From the sequence record SRR22947725_427: a stretch of DNA of 33,615 nt, one strand, 5' to 3'. Below, piece after piece: positions 9,627 to 20,643 of this stretch. How positions within the stretch are numbered: the stretch's first letter is position 1; each line of letters opens with the position of its first letter. Position numbers and translations under genes: made by a program. The notes beneath the pieces were generated by a model that searched no databases, had not been told where the DNA came from, and was given only the letters and a program-made list of their open reading frames with translations.

Positions 9627-10121
9627 ATGAATAAAGAAAAAGTGGTTGTTGCGATTGTGATGGGTTCAGACAGTGATTGGCCAACAATGAAGCATGCGGC
9701 AACAATTTTAGATGATTTCGGAATTAATTATAAAGCCGAGGTTGTTTCTGCTCATAGAACGCCTGACCTTATGTATTCATTTGCAAGCGATGCAGAATCG
9801 AATGGGTTTAAAGTAATTATTGCGGGCGCCGGAGGCGCTGCTCATCTTCCTGGTATGATTGCCTCTAAAACAAACCTTCCTGTATTGGGGGTGCCCATTA
9901 AAACAACTTATTTAGAAGGCAAAGACTCATTGCTTTCTATCGTACAAATGCCAAAAGGGATCCCTGTTGCAACTTTTGCAATTGGCGAAGCAGGAGCCTA
10001 TAATGCTGCACTTTTTGTAGTGAGGCTTCTTTCAGAGCAAAATAAAGACCTTAAAGATAGGCTTGAGGAGTTTTCAAAAAATCAAGAGCAAAAAGTTTTA
10101 AATATGAAATTAGAAAGCTAA
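9627..10121 (+). CDS. purE: N5-carboxyaminoimidazole ribonucleotide mutase
   Basis: Motifs are MGSDSD, VSAHRTP, AGAGGAAHLPGM and SIVQMPKGIPVAT. The RBS GGGGAG lies upstream. Confidence 0.99.
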   Translation: MNKEKVVVAIVMGSDSDWPTMKHAATILDDFGINYKAEVVSAHRTPDLMYSFASDAESNGFKVIIAGAGGAAHLPGMIASKTNLPVLGVPIKTTYLEGKDSLLSIVQMPKGIPVATFAIGEAGAYNAALFVVRLLSEQNKDLKDRLEEFSKNQEQKVLNMKLES

Positions 10122-10126
10122 TAAGT

Positions 10127-11269
10127 ATGGATAAAGTTATAAAACCAACTTCTATGTTGGGTATGTTGGGGGGCGGTCAACTAGGAAAATTTTTTGTTAT
10201 TGCTGCCCAAAACTTGGGATATCAAGTTACCGTTCTTGACCCTGATCAAAAGAGTCCTGCTGGAAAAGTTGCAAATAAGCATATTTGTAGTTCATTTTCT
10301 GATCAAGCTGCACTGGATTTGATGAGCAAAGAATGTATGGCAATATCAACTGAATTTGAAAATATTCCTTCAGAAACCATTAAGTATCTTGAGCAGAAAG
10401 TAAGAACCCACCCAAATTCAAATGCAATTTCAATCGTCCAAAGAAGAGTTGAAGAGAAAAAATACATTAAAGAACTTGGGATTCCAATCGGCTCGTATGA
10501 ACCTTTAAAGTCAAATCAGTTTTTTCTTGAGTTTAAAGATACACAAATTTTTCCAGCAATTCTTAAACAATCTCAATTTGGATATGATGGGAAAGGCCAA
10601 ACTCATGTAAATAGCATAAATGAAGTTAAATCTATTTTTGACAATTCAAAAGAAAAAGAATTTGTTTTAGAGAAGAAATTAGATTTAGATAAAGAGATTT
10701 CTGTAGTCTTGTCTAGATCGCTAAATGGGGTAACAAAAATATTTCCTGTAATAGAAAATCAGCATAAGGCAGGTATACTTGATTTATCTATCATCCCAGC
10801 AAGAGTTAGTGAGGATTTTAAAAAAGAAGCTACAGCTTATGCCTTGGATATAGCTAATAATCTTAATTATGTAGGAACGATTGCGGTAGAATTTTTTATA
10901 TCTGAAAATAAGATTTATGTAAATGAGATTGCACCTAGACCCCATAATTCGGGGCACTTTTCTTTGGATGCTTGTAATGTAAGTCAATTTGACCAGCAGG
11001 TGCTTGCGCTTGTAGGGAGAGATCTTGAGGATATTAGATTAGAAAAAAATGCTGTGATGTTAAATTTATTAGGCGATTTATGGTTACAGAATGGAGAAAT
11101 TAAAAAACCTAAATTTGAGGAAGTGGAAGGTAATGATATAAACATACATTTATATGGAAAAGATTCCCCAAGAATAGGTCGTAAAATGGGTCATATAACG
11201 CTCGTTGGGGATGACATTGAGAATTTAATTATAAAAGCAGAAGAAATTAGATCTAAACTATGGCGATAG
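10127..11269 (+). CDS. purK: N5-carboxyaminoimidazole ribonucleotide synthase
   Basis: Motifs are LGGGQLG, TEFEN, GYDGKGQ, NEIAPRPHNSGH and LYGK...RKMGH. Confidence 0.98.
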   Translation: MDKVIKPTSMLGMLGGGQLGKFFVIAAQNLGYQVTVLDPDQKSPAGKVANKHICSSFSDQAALDLMSKECMAISTEFENIPSETIKYLEQKVRTHPNSNAISIVQRRVEEKKYIKELGIPIGSYEPLKSNQFFLEFKDTQIFPAILKQSQFGYDGKGQTHVNSINEVKSIFDNSKEKEFVLEKKLDLDKEISVVLSRSLNGVTKIFPVIENQHKAGILDLSIIPARVSEDFKKEATAYALDIANNLNYVGTIAVEFFISENKIYVNEIAPRPHNSGHFSLDACNVSQFDQQVLALVGRDLEDIRLEKNAVMLNLLGDLWLQNGEIKKPKFEEVEGNDINIHLYGKDSPRIGRKMGHITLVGDDIENLIIKAEEIRSKLWR

Positions 11270-11288
11270 TAATAAAATAATCAAGTAA

Positions 11289-11549
11289 TTACATAGATTT
11301 GATTGCAGAGTTAAGTCTAGATTTATGTCGAGCAGCCTTATTTTTATGAATAATTTTTTTATCAGCAATTCTATCTATAACTGAAATATTTTCATCAAAA
11401 GCTTTTTTTGCGACCTTGCTATCACCACCAGCAATGGCTAATTTAATTTTCTTAATAGCCGTTCTAAGTGTTGAGCGAAGCCCGATGTTATGAGCTCTTT
11501 GTTTGACTGTTTGCCTTGCTCTCTTTCTTGTTTGTGCCGTGTTGGCCAT
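11289..11549 (-). CDS. rpsT: 30S ribosomal protein S20
   Basis: [13 protein letters not shown]...[13 protein letters not shown]. Confidence 0.99.
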   Translation of the reverse strand: MANTAQTRKRARQTVKQRAHNIGLRSTLRTAIKKIKLAIAGGDSKVAKKAFDENISVIDRIADKKIIHKNKAARHKSRLNSAIKSM

Positions 11550-11583
11550 GAACTATTTCCTTACAACAAATTTTAAGTTGTGT

Positions 11584-11612
11584 ATTCTATCTATTTTATT
11601 AGCTTGATACAA
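11584..11612 (-). promoter_or_regulatory. Sigma70 promoter of rpsT
   Basis: On the minus strand, TTGTAT (11612-11607), a 17-nt spacer and TAGAAT (11589-11584) lie about 35 nt upstream of the rpsT ATG. Confidence 0.65.
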
Positions 11613-11722
11613 GTTTATTTGAATGAATTTCATAAAATTGGCTAAATAATTGATTGAACATAATAAAATTGGTTCTGTTACCGTGATAAAATCATCAGAA
11701 TCTAAATAAAAAATAGTTGCCT

Positions 11723-13267
11723 ATGAACTTATTTAAAACATTCTTTGGTATTGGGGGAATGACAACAATATCAAGAATCCTTGGGTTTATTAGGGATACA
11801 GTTATTGCAAGAATTTTTGGAGCTGGGCTTGCTAGTGATGCATTCTTTGTTGCATTTAAAATTCCAAATTTATTAAGAAGAATATCTGCTGAAGGCGCGT
11901 TTACCCAAGCTTTCGTTCCCATATTAACCGAGTATAAGACACAAAACTCATCACTCGAGGTAAGAGCCTTCGTAAATAAAATTTCTACCCTATTGGGCCT
12001 GTTCCTTGTTTTGATTACAATCTTAGGAATCTTTGGGGCACCATGGATAATTTATATAACAGCACCTGGGTTTGTATCCAATCCTGAAAAATACAATTTA
12101 ACTGTAGATTTACTAAAAATTACATTTCCTTATATATTTTTTATTTCTCTTGTTTCTATGGCAGGAGGTATCCTAAATACATTTGGTAAGTTTATCGTTC
12201 CGGCTTTCACCCCTGTTTGGTTAAATATCTCTTTTATTATTGGTGCATTATATTTTGCTGAATTTTTTAGTGAGCCAGCTTATGTTCTCGCTTGGTCAGT
12301 TTTCTTTGGTGGTATTTTTCAATTAATCTTTCAAATTCCATTTTTAAAACAGATAGGCTGTATACCAAAACTAGATTTTAATTTTAAAGATGCAGGTGTT
12401 TGGAGGGTATTAAAATTAATGGGCCCGTCTATATTGGGTGTTTCTGTTGCTCAGATTTCACTTCTTATCAATACAATCTTTGCTTCATTTTTATCTGTGG
12501 GAAGCATTTCTTGGCTTTATTATGCAGATAGATTACTTGAGTTTCCTGCAGGAATTTTAGGTGTAGCCTTAAGTACCATGCTTTTGCCAAGCTTATCTAA
12601 AAGTTTATCGAATAAAAATAAATCTGAGTATTCTGAATTAATTAATTGGGCACTAAAATTAGGTATTTTGTTAGCTGCACCTGCAGCGGTAGGTCTAGCA
12701 ATGCTTGGAGTACCCTTAATTACGACTCTTTTTTTCTATGGTGCATTTACTGAATATGATATTTTGATGACTCAAACAGCGCTTCTTGCCTATAGTATTG
12801 GATTGGTAGGTTTAATTTTAATTAAAATTTTAGCCCCAGCTTTTTATGCGCAACAAAATATTAAAACGCCAGTAAAAATTGCAATTTTTACTTTATTTTG
12901 TACTCAGGTTATGAATTTATTATTCGTAGGCTATTTAAAACATGCGGGGCTTGCTCTAGCGATTGGTTTAGCAGCATGCATTAATGCTGGTTTATTGTTT
13001 TATTATTTAAGGAAGGAGAAAGTTTTTAAATTAAACCATGATTGGGGAAGATTTCTTTTTAAAATACTTATTTCGTTGAGTTTAATGGTTATTAGTTTAT
13101 TTTTCCTCCGGGGGACTTTCGAGGAGTGGGTAGATTATTCATTTTTAGAAAGATTAGGTAATTTAATATTCATAATCCTAATTAGTGGAATTATTTATTT
13201 CACAAGCCTAAGATTATTAGGCTTTGATTTTAACGGTTTTTTTAAAAAGACCCTTAATTCGTTGTGA
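11723..13267 (+). CDS. murJ: Lipid II flippase MurJ (MviN)
   Basis: Motifs are SRILGFIRD, DAFFVAFKIPNLLRRISAEGAFTQAFVP and YYADRLLEFP, with many TM segments. It is divergent from rpsT. The start is ATG 11723. Confidence 0.98.
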   Translation: MNLFKTFFGIGGMTTISRILGFIRDTVIARIFGAGLASDAFFVAFKIPNLLRRISAEGAFTQAFVPILTEYKTQNSSLEVRAFVNKISTLLGLFLVLITILGIFGAPWIIYITAPGFVSNPEKYNLTVDLLKITFPYIFFISLVSMAGGILNTFGKFIVPAFTPVWLNISFIIGALYFAEFFSEPAYVLAWSVFFGGIFQLIFQIPFLKQIGCIPKLDFNFKDAGVWRVLKLMGPSILGVSVAQISLLINTIFASFLSVGSISWLYYADRLLEFPAGILGVALSTMLLPSLSKSLSNKNKSEYSELINWALKLGILLAAPAAVGLAMLGVPLITTLFFYGAFTEYDILMTQTALLAYSIGLVGLILIKILAPAFYAQQNIKTPVKIAIFTLFCTQVMNLLFVGYLKHAGLALAIGLAACINAGLLFYYLRKEKVFKLNHDWGRFLFKILISLSLMVISLFFLRGTFEEWVDYSFLERLGNLIFIILISGIIYFTSLRLLGFDFNGFFKKTLNSL

Positions 13268-14160
13268 TTATAGTAAGAGATTTAAATTGTGAGCAACCTC
13301 CTTGCGTAATTACAATAGGTAATTTTGATGGAATACATTTGGGCCATCAGGCTTTATTAAAGGAAGTAAAAAAAAGAGCATCTAATTTAGGGTTACAAAG
13401 TGCAGTGATGACTTTTGAACCCAATCCTAAAGACTTTTTCTCTCCAGATAATATACAAACACGTATTTCAAGTTTGAGAGAAAAAATAGAATTTTTTTAC
13501 AAAATAGGCTTTGATCGAGTTCATATTGTTAAATTTAATCAAAAATTTTCACAGCTCAGTAAAGAGGCATTTATAAAAATTTTAGTTAAAAATTTAAAAG
13601 TAAAAGAAATTGTTGTTGGCGAAGACTTTTGTTTTGGAAAAGGGAGAGAAGGAAGCTTAAAAGACTTATCAGATAACGATATCAAAATGAATATCCAGAA
13701 TAAAGTCATCATGAATAGTAATAGGGTTTCAAGTACTTTAATAAGGCAGTTTTTAGCTCATGATAATCTTGAGGAGGCAAATCAGTTTATTGGAAGACCT
13801 TACTCAATTTCTGGAAAAGTTATTCACGGTGAAAAAAGAGGAAGAGAAATTGGTTTTCCAACTGCAAATATCCATATGAAGCATAATCGACCTCCATTAA
13901 GTGGTGTCTTTGCTGTAAAATCTGACAAATACTTTGGTGTTGCTAATTTAGGTTTTCGTCCTACTTTTGAAGGGGATAAAAAATTACATCTTGAAGTACA
14001 TTTTTTAAATTTTTCCTCAGATCTTTATGGGCAACACATAAGTATAGATTTTTTGAAAAAATTAAGAGGTGAAATAAAGTTTTCCTCAGTAGAAAAACTA
14101 AAAGAACAAATTGTAGAAGATATTAAAATTGCAAAACTTTTTTTTGATAAACAAAATTAA
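13264..14160 (+). CDS. ribF: Bifunctional riboflavin kinase/FAD synthetase
   Basis: Motifs are [34 protein letters not shown] and LEVH. The GTG start overlaps the murJ stop (GTGA). Confidence 0.98.
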   Translation: MIIVRDLNCEQPPCVITIGNFDGIHLGHQALLKEVKKRASNLGLQSAVMTFEPNPKDFFSPDNIQTRISSLREKIEFFYKIGFDRVHIVKFNQKFSQLSKEAFIKILVKNLKVKEIVVGEDFCFGKGREGSLKDLSDNDIKMNIQNKVIMNSNRVSSTLIRQFLAHDNLEEANQFIGRPYSISGKVIHGEKRGREIGFPTANIHMKHNRPPLSGVFAVKSDKYFGVANLGFRPTFEGDKKLHLEVHFLNFSSDLYGQHISIDFLKKLRGEIKFSSVEKLKEQIVEDIKIAKLFFDKQN

Positions 14161-16928
14161 TGACCGAAATAAATAAATACAAACTTAATCTCCCTGAAAC
14201 TAGTTTTCCAATGAGAGGTAATCTTGCAAAAAGAGAACCTGATTGGCTAAAGAGCCTAGAAGATAGAAAAATCTATGACTCCATAAGAAAAGCTAGACGA
14301 GGGATGAAGAAATATATTCTTCATGATGGCCCTCCTTATGCGAATGGTAATATTCATATTGGTCATGCAGTCAATAAAATATTAAAAGATTTTATAATTA
14401 AATCAAAAACTTTTTCTGGCTTTGATGTTCCCTTTGTGCCTGGGTGGGATTGTCATGGTTTACCCATAGAGTTGGTTATTGAAAAAGAATATGGGAAAAA
14501 TTTAAACCCAAAAGAATTTAGAAGGCTTTGTAGAGCTTATGCAAAGGAGCAGGTAGAAAATCAAAAGAAAGATTTCAAGAGATTAGGTGTATTTGCGGAA
14601 TGGGATAGGCCATATCTTACGATGGATTTTAAAATTGAAGCAAACATCATAAGATCACTAGCAAAAATTTATGATAATGGATATTTATATCAAGGTGGTA
14701 AGCCAGTCAATTGGTGTACTGATTGTGGGTCTGCCCTAGCTGAGGCTGAGGTAGAATATGAGGATAAAAAATCTACAGCAATAGATGTGGCCTTTAAGTG
14801 TATTGATAAAGCAGTCATAGAAAATATTTTTAATTACAAAATTAATAAAGATATTTTTGCGGTTATTTGGACAACTACTCCATGGACTCTTCCGGCGAAT
14901 GAAGCAATTAGCGTAAATCCAAAACTTCAGTATGGATTATACGAAATTGAAGATAAAGCGTTTATCCTCTCAACTGAGCTAGCAAAAGAAAAGTTATTAT
15001 CATATAAATTCGAAGGCAGCCTCAAAGCCTCCTGTATCGGAGAAGCACTTGAAAATGTTCAATGCCGTCACCCATTCAAAGAAAAAAATGTGCCAATAAT
15101 ATGTGGTTCACACGTCACAACAGAATCTGGAACAGGTTTAGTCCATACTGCACCAGCTCATGGTGTGGATGATTATGTAGTAGGCAGTCGTTACGATCTT
15201 CCTGTTGAAAGCCCTGTAGACAAGGACGGAAAGTTTTTAAAAGATACAGATATAGTTGGATCTCTTAATGTTTGGGATGCAAATAAAAAAATTATTGAGA
15301 TACTTGAGGCAAAAAAATCACTCATATCCATAGAAAAGTTTACCCATAGTTATCCTCATTGTTGGCGACATAAAACACCAATTATTTTTAGAGCGACAGA
15401 GCAATGGTTTATTGGAATGGATGAGAAAAATAAAAAAAACCATACCTTACGTAATCAAGCTGAGGAAGAAATTAACAAAACCAGTTTCTTTCCAAATTGG
15501 GGTGAGGGAAGGCTAAAATCTATGATTGAAAAGAGGCCAGATTGGTGTATTTCCAGACAAAGGTCGTGGGGTGTACCAATACCCATATTTTTAAATAAGA
15601 AAACAAATTTACCACATGCTAATACACTTTCATTTTTTGAAGAGATTGCAAATAAGGTTGAAAAGGATGGGATGGACGCTTGGTTTGATCTAGATCTTGA
15701 TGATATTCTAGGTGATGATGCTTCAGATTATATTAAATCAACTGATACATTAGATGTATGGTTTGATTCTGGAACAACTCATCAGTCTGTAATTAAAGAT
15801 AGAGAAGAGTTAAGTTATCCTGCAGACCTATATCTTGAAGGTTCTGATCAACATAGAGGTTGGTTTCAATCAAGCCTTCTTACTGGGTGTGCAATCAGTA
15901 GTGAAGCTCCATTTAAAGGGTTATTGACTCATGGGTTTGTAGTTGATGGTGAAGGTCATAAAATGAGTAAGTCTAAGGGAAATGTAATATCACCTCAAAA
16001 AATTATTAATCAATATGGAGCAGATATTTTGAGGTTATGGGTTGCTTCAACTGACTACTCTGGAGAGCTTAATATTTCCGATGAAATTATGAAAAGAGTC
16101 GCGGATAGTTACAGAAGAATAAGAAATACCTTAAGATTCCTTATTTCTAATATTGAGGATATAGATAAAGAAAAAGAAATAATGGCACCAGAAAAAATGT
16201 TGTTTATTGATAGATATGCTTTGTATCAATCTAAGAATCTTCAAGAATCAATAATTAAAGATTATGATGCATTTAATTTTTATTTAGGAGTACAAAAATT
16301 TGTTTCTTACTGCTCAGAAGATTTGGGAGGTTTTTATTTAGATGTAATTAAAGACAGACTTTACACAATGAAAGAAAGCTCGCATGGGCGTCGATCTGCA
16401 CAAAGTGCGTTATTCCACATTACACAGTCTTTGATCAGGATAATGGCTCCGATTTTAAGTTTTACAGCTCATGAAGCCTTTGAAGTGATATTCAAAAAAA
16501 ATAAAAAAAATATTTTTATAGAAAATTGGTATCAATTTCCAAAAAATTTAATTCAAGATAAAGAAGTGAGTGATTGGAATAATATTTTAGAAATTAGAGG
16601 ACTAGTAAACAAAAAAATTGAAGAGCTCAGGGAAAAGGGCAATGTGGGGTCATCGCTTCAATCCGAAATTGAAATTAATGCGCCTTCAGAAATTTACAAA
16701 AGCTTAAAGGTATTCGAAAAAGAATTGAAGTTTATTTTTATTGTCTCAAAAGTTAGTTTAAAGGAAGGCAATAAACTTGAAATCAAGGTAAATAAAAGCC
16801 AGTATAAGAAATGTGAGAGATGTTGGCACTACTGTGAGGACGTTAGTCATGATGACCAACATAAAGAATTATGCAGTAGATGCATAAATAACCTTTTCAA
16901 GGAAGGTGAAGCAAGACTTTATGCTTAA
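14160..16928 (+). CDS. ileS: Isoleucine--tRNA ligase (type 1)
   Basis: Motifs are [40 protein letters not shown] and KMSKS, with a C-terminal zinc finger CERCW...CSRC. Confidence 0.99.
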   Translation: MTEINKYKLNLPETSFPMRGNLAKREPDWLKSLEDRKIYDSIRKARRGMKKYILHDGPPYANGNIHIGHAVNKILKDFIIKSKTFSGFDVPFVPGWDCHGLPIELVIEKEYGKNLNPKEFRRLCRAYAKEQVENQKKDFKRLGVFAEWDRPYLTMDFKIEANIIRSLAKIYDNGYLYQGGKPVNWCTDCGSALAEAEVEYEDKKSTAIDVAFKCIDKAVIENIFNYKINKDIFAVIWTTTPWTLPANEAISVNPKLQYGLYEIEDKAFILSTELAKEKLLSYKFEGSLKASCIGEALENVQCRHPFKEKNVPIICGSHVTTESGTGLVHTAPAHGVDDYVVGSRYDLPVESPVDKDGKFLKDTDIVGSLNVWDANKKIIEILEAKKSLISIEKFTHSYPHCWRHKTPIIFRATEQWFIGMDEKNKKNHTLRNQAEEEINKTSFFPNWGEGRLKSMIEKRPDWCISRQRSWGVPIPIFLNKKTNLPHANTLSFFEEIANKVEKDGMDAWFDLDLDDILGDDASDYIKSTDTLDVWFDSGTTHQSVIKDREELSYPADLYLEGSDQHRGWFQSSLLTGCAISSEAPFKGLLTHGFVVDGEGHKMSKSKGNVISPQKIINQYGADILRLWVASTDYSGELNISDEIMKRVADSYRRIRNTLRFLISNIEDIDKEKEIMAPEKMLFIDRYALYQSKNLQESIIKDYDAFNFYLGVQKFVSYCSEDLGGFYLDVIKDRLYTMKESSHGRRSAQSALFHITQSLIRIMAPILSFTAHEAFEVIFKKNKKNIFIENWYQFPKNLIQDKEVSDWNNILEIRGLVNKKIEELREKGNVGSSLQSEIEINAPSEIYKSLKVFEKELKFIFIVSKVSLKEGNKLEIKVNKSQYKKCERCWHYCEDVSHDDQHKELCSRCINNLFKEGEARLYA

Positions 16929-17400
16929 ACTATATCTAATAAGTGTACTTATTTTTATATTAGATATTCTAACTAAAAATCATGTTCAAAAAGTCATTCC
17001 ATATGGAGAAAGAATTGAGGTAAATTCTTTTTTTAGTTTTGTACATTTTCAAAATTCAGGTGCAGCATTTAACTTTTTGAGTGATCAAGCAGGATGGCAA
17101 AGATATTTTTTAATTACCGTTTCAATATTTGCTATTTTTTACATACCATTCCTAATTAACCAAAATAAAAAAAATATACCAGTTGTATTTGGTCTTATCC
17201 TGATTCTTGGAGGAGCTTTTGGTAATCTTTATGATAGAGTATTTTATGGCTATGTTATTGATTTTATTTATTTAAATGTGGGCCAATTTTATTGGCCAGC
17301 ATTTAATATTGCGGACAGTACAATTTCGATCGGTATATTACTATTTCTTTATGGGTCCTTTAAAAATTATAAAAATCTGAAGCTGAAGGGGAAGGTTTGA
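16921..17400 (+). CDS. lspA: Lipoprotein signal peptidase II
   Basis: Motifs are [23 protein letters not shown] and WPAFNIADS. It follows ileS; the likely start is ATG 16921. Confidence 0.98.
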   Translation: MLKLYLISVLIFILDILTKNHVQKVIPYGERIEVNSFFSFVHFQNSGAAFNFLSDQAGWQRYFLITVSIFAIFYIPFLINQNKKNIPVVFGLILILGGAFGNLYDRVFYGYVIDFIYLNVGQFYWPAFNIADSTISIGILLFLYGSFKNYKNLKLKGKV

Positions 17401-17816
17401 TTCAGATTTTTGGAAAAATATCAGAATTAACAAGTGGACGAAGGCTTTATGATATCACTCCTAAAATTATAGATTGGATTGACTCGGAAGAAATTAAATC
17501 AGGCTTATTGACATTAAATATTAAGCACACATCCGCAAGCCTTTTGGTAAATGAAAATTATGATTCTGATGTTTTATATGATCTGGAAAATTTCTTATCA
17601 AAGTTAGTTATTGATGGAGATGAATCATATAGTCATACTTCAGAGGGGCCAGATGACATGTCTGCGCATATACGGACTGCACTTACACAAACAAATTTAT
17701 CTTTCTCTGTCAGAAATAAAAAATTAAACTTAGGAACTTGGCAAGGAATTTTTTTATATGAACATCGATTTGGAAGTTTTAATCGATGTGTCGACTTACA
17801 TTTTATTGGTGAGTAG
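17397..17816 (+). CDS. yjbQ: YjbQ/UPF0047 family protein (secondary thiamine-phosphate synthase)
   Basis: Motifs are HTSASLLVNEN.D.DV..DL, HTSEGPDDMSAHIR and LGTWQGIFLYEHR. The TTG start overlaps the lspA stop (TTGA). Confidence 0.93.
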   Translation: MIQIFGKISELTSGRRLYDITPKIIDWIDSEEIKSGLLTLNIKHTSASLLVNENYDSDVLYDLENFLSKLVIDGDESYSHTSEGPDDMSAHIRTALTQTNLSFSVRNKKLNLGTWQGIFLYEHRFGSFNRCVDLHFIGE

Positions 17817-17818
17817 AT

Positions 17819-19027
17819 TTATTTAGTCCATTCAAGGGGATTGAAAGGTTTTCCATTGTGCCTTAATTCATAATAAAGACCATTGTATTTATTCCCACCA
17901 CTATTACCGGATAATGCGATGACTTCCCCGCCTTTAATGTAATTACCTTTTTGTTTTAAAAGTGAATCATTATTACCATAAAGGCTCATATAATTTTTTC
18001 CATGATCAATAATGATAATATTTCCAAATCCTCTTAACCAGTCAGAAAAAACAACTTGACCAGAGGCAACAGACTTTACATTTGAACCCTCTTCAGCCTT
18101 TATGAAAAGACCTTTCCATCTGGTTCCTGTATCCCATCTCTTTGAATTATACTTATAGACAACTTTTCCTTTAACAGGCAGATTGAGTTTCTTTTTAAGT
18201 TTTGCAAAATTTACTTTATAATCTTCTATATCAACAACTTTTTTATCATCGATAATATCTTTTTTTTCAGCCTTTCTTCTTTTTTCTTCAGCTTTAAGCT
18301 TTAACATTAAATTTTTTACTAGAGAAGTTAATTTTTTTTCATCTTGTTCTAACTTAAATTTCTTACTTTTTTGTGATTTAAGTTTTTTTGTAATTTTGTT
18401 TAAAGTTATTTTCTTGGCCTTTTTCTTTTTCTCTAATTTCTTTGCATTCTTTTCTTTTTCTTTTCTTAATTCAGAGACAGATTTAAGAATTTTTTTTGTT
18501 GATTTTTTTGTAGCTGTGATTTTTTCTTTAGTTTTATTAATCTCAAGAATATTTTCATTTTGTGCCTTGGTGAGAAATCCAATATAGTTAACTTGCCTAG
18601 ATACTTCGTTTGGATTTTCCCCTTCAAGGAATAATTGTAAGTAGCCTGGTTTTGGTTTTATATAAGATTGATAGAGTATTTCATTTTGTAACTTTTTTCT
18701 TTCATTCATTTCCGCTTCTAATTTTTCTAATTTTTTGTTAAGTTTGGCTAATTTATTTTTATTTGTTTCTTGCTTCTTTTTTACCTTATATATTTCTTTT
18801 TTTGCTGCACTTATTTCTTTCTCATGTTTTTTTAGTGATTTGTTTAATCCTTTTTTAACTTCTGAATTTTTTTTTATCTCTTTATCAATTAAATTAATTT
18901 GTTTTTTTATTTCAGTTAGGTTGTTTTTAGCGTCGTCTGTTTCACCCGCTCCAAGTGAATAAGAAATGATTAAAAATATAAGAGTGAGGAGTATTTTTTT
19001 AAATTTATAGAAGTAATTATGATTCAA
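17819..19027 (-). CDS. envC: Murein hydrolase activator EnvC (coiled coil plus degenerate M23 domain)
   Basis: It has a signal peptide, a long coiled coil and a LytM-like C-terminus lacking the zinc ligands (WKGLFI, GFGNIIIIDHG, SLYGNN, LYYELRHNGKPFNP). It lies downstream of gpmI. Confidence 0.9.
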   Translation of the reverse strand: MNHNYFYKFKKILLTLIFLIISYSLGAGETDDAKNNLTEIKKQINLIDKEIKKNSEVKKGLNKSLKKHEKEISAAKKEIYKVKKKQETNKNKLAKLNKKLEKLEAEMNERKKLQNEILYQSYIKPKPGYLQLFLEGENPNEVSRQVNYIGFLTKAQNENILEINKTKEKITATKKSTKKILKSVSELRKEKEKNAKKLEKKKKAKKITLNKITKKLKSQKSKKFKLEQDEKKLTSLVKNLMLKLKAEEKRRKAEKKDIIDDKKVVDIEDYKVNFAKLKKKLNLPVKGKVVYKYNSKRWDTGTRWKGLFIKAEEGSNVKSVASGQVVFSDWLRGFGNIIIIDHGKNYMSLYGNNDSLLKQKGNYIKGGEVIALSGNSGGNKYNGLYYELRHNGKPFNPLEWTK

Positions 19028-20555
19028 TTAAATTTTTTCCAGTCATTTCTTTTGGTTTTCTCTCGCCCATTAACTCAAGGATGGTAGGTGCTATATCTGC
19101 AAGAGTCCCTCCGTCTTTAATTTTTTTAATTTGCTTGCCTACATATAAGAATGGTACTTTATTGATTGTGTGTTGAGTATGCTTTTGTTGATTTATTTTA
19201 TCCATCATTTCTTCTGCGTTACCATGATCGGCAGTAATAATTATCTGCCCTCCAACCTTTTTAATTGTTTTAAAAATTAATCCAATACACTTATCAATTA
19301 CTTCAATCGCCTCAATTGCAGCAGCTAAATTTCCTGTATGGCCAACCATATCTCCATTTGCATAATTACAAACAATTAAATCATAATTTTCTGACATGAT
19401 TGCCTCATTTAATTTATCTGTAATTTGATAAGCACTCATCTCTGGTAATAAGTCATATGTTTTGACTTTTTGTGATGGAATCAAGATTCTATCCTCACCC
19501 TTATAGCTTTCTTCATGACCTCCATTAAAGAAAAAAGTTACGTGAGGATATTTTTCTGTCTCAGCTATTCTAAGTTGAGTTTTATTTAATGCTGATACAT
19601 ATTCACCTAAAGAATTTTTAATATTAATCGGTTTAAATATACATTGAGATTTTTTTTGTCTTTCATCGTGGCTAGTTAATGTAAAGTAGTCTATATTTTT
19701 TGGTGAAGAGGTACGTTTAAAATTATCAAATGCTTCATCTAAAATACTATTGGTTAATTGCCTTGCTCTATCAGATCTAAAATTCATAAAAACAACCATA
19801 TCGTTATCCTGAATTCCTGTGTAACTTTCAGTAGATTTTATTAAAGTAGGATAAACGAATTCGTCAAACTCATCTCTCTCATAGGCTTTCTCGAGTGCTT
19901 GTTGAGCCGAGGGTGCTGTATATTTTGAGGATGCTTTTACAATTGCATCATAGGCTAAATTTGTCCTTTCCCATCTGTTGTCCCTATCCATAGCATAAAA
20001 TCTTCCTGAAACTGTTTTAATTTCTCCAAGACTTATTTTATTGCAAAAATCTTCTAATTTTTTTATGTACATTGATGCAGATTTTGGAGGCGTGTCTCTT
20101 CCATCCAAAATTGAATGAATAAATACTTTCTTAACATTTTGATTTTTTGCGTGTTTTACTAAGGCTAGTATGTGATCTATGTGGCTGTGAACTCCCCCAT
20201 CAGATAAAAGTCCAAAAATATGCAATGCATTATTATTTATTGAAACTTTATTTAGACCTGCGTTTAAAACTTCATTTAAAAAAAAGCTTCCATCATTAAT
20301 TGACCCATTAATTCTGTCTAGGTCTTGGCTTATAACTCTGCCTGCCCCAATGCATAGATGCCCAACTTCAGAATTTCCCATTTGCCCCTCAGGAAGACCA
20401 ACATAAGATTCTGATGCATCTATTAAGGTATTTGGATAATTTTTACGTAATAGGTCCAAGTTTGGGGTGTTTGCTTGAGAAATGGCATTATATTCAGCCT
20501 CATCCTTATGCCCAAAGCCATCAAGAATTAGCAGTAATAAAGTATTTTTTTTCAT
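19017..20555 (-). CDS. gpmI: 2,3-bisphosphoglycerate-independent phosphoglycerate mutase
   Basis: Motifs are LILDGFG, GQMGNSEVGH, SDGGVHSH, DGRDTPP, AETEKYPHVTFF, DMVGHTG and TADHGNAE. Confidence 0.99.
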   Translation of the reverse strand: MKKNTLLLLILDGFGHKDEAEYNAISQANTPNLDLLRKNYPNTLIDASESYVGLPEGQMGNSEVGHLCIGAGRVISQDLDRINGSINDGSFFLNEVLNAGLNKVSINNNALHIFGLLSDGGVHSHIDHILALVKHAKNQNVKKVFIHSILDGRDTPPKSASMYIKKLEDFCNKISLGEIKTVSGRFYAMDRDNRWERTNLAYDAIVKASSKYTAPSAQQALEKAYERDEFDEFVYPTLIKSTESYTGIQDNDMVVFMNFRSDRARQLTNSILDEAFDNFKRTSSPKNIDYFTLTSHDERQKKSQCIFKPINIKNSLGEYVSALNKTQLRIAETEKYPHVTFFFNGGHEESYKGEDRILIPSQKVKTYDLLPEMSAYQITDKLNEAIMSENYDLIVCNYANGDMVGHTGNLAAAIEAIEVIDKCIGLIFKTIKKVGGQIIITADHGNAEEMMDKINQQKHTQHTINKVPFLYVGKQIKKIKDGGTLADIAPTILELMGERKPKEMTGKNLIES

Positions 20556-20643
20556 TTTTAGTCTTGGAAATGAATTTTGTTTGTTCTATACGTCAATTAT
20601 AATACTAAAAAGTATTAATTATTTATCTATTAAAGGTTAGCTC

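Noticed and set aside
17819..18130. Missing zinc ligands in the M23 domain as a sign of pseudogenisation
   Set aside because: A catalytically degenerate LytM domain is the normal state of EnvC.
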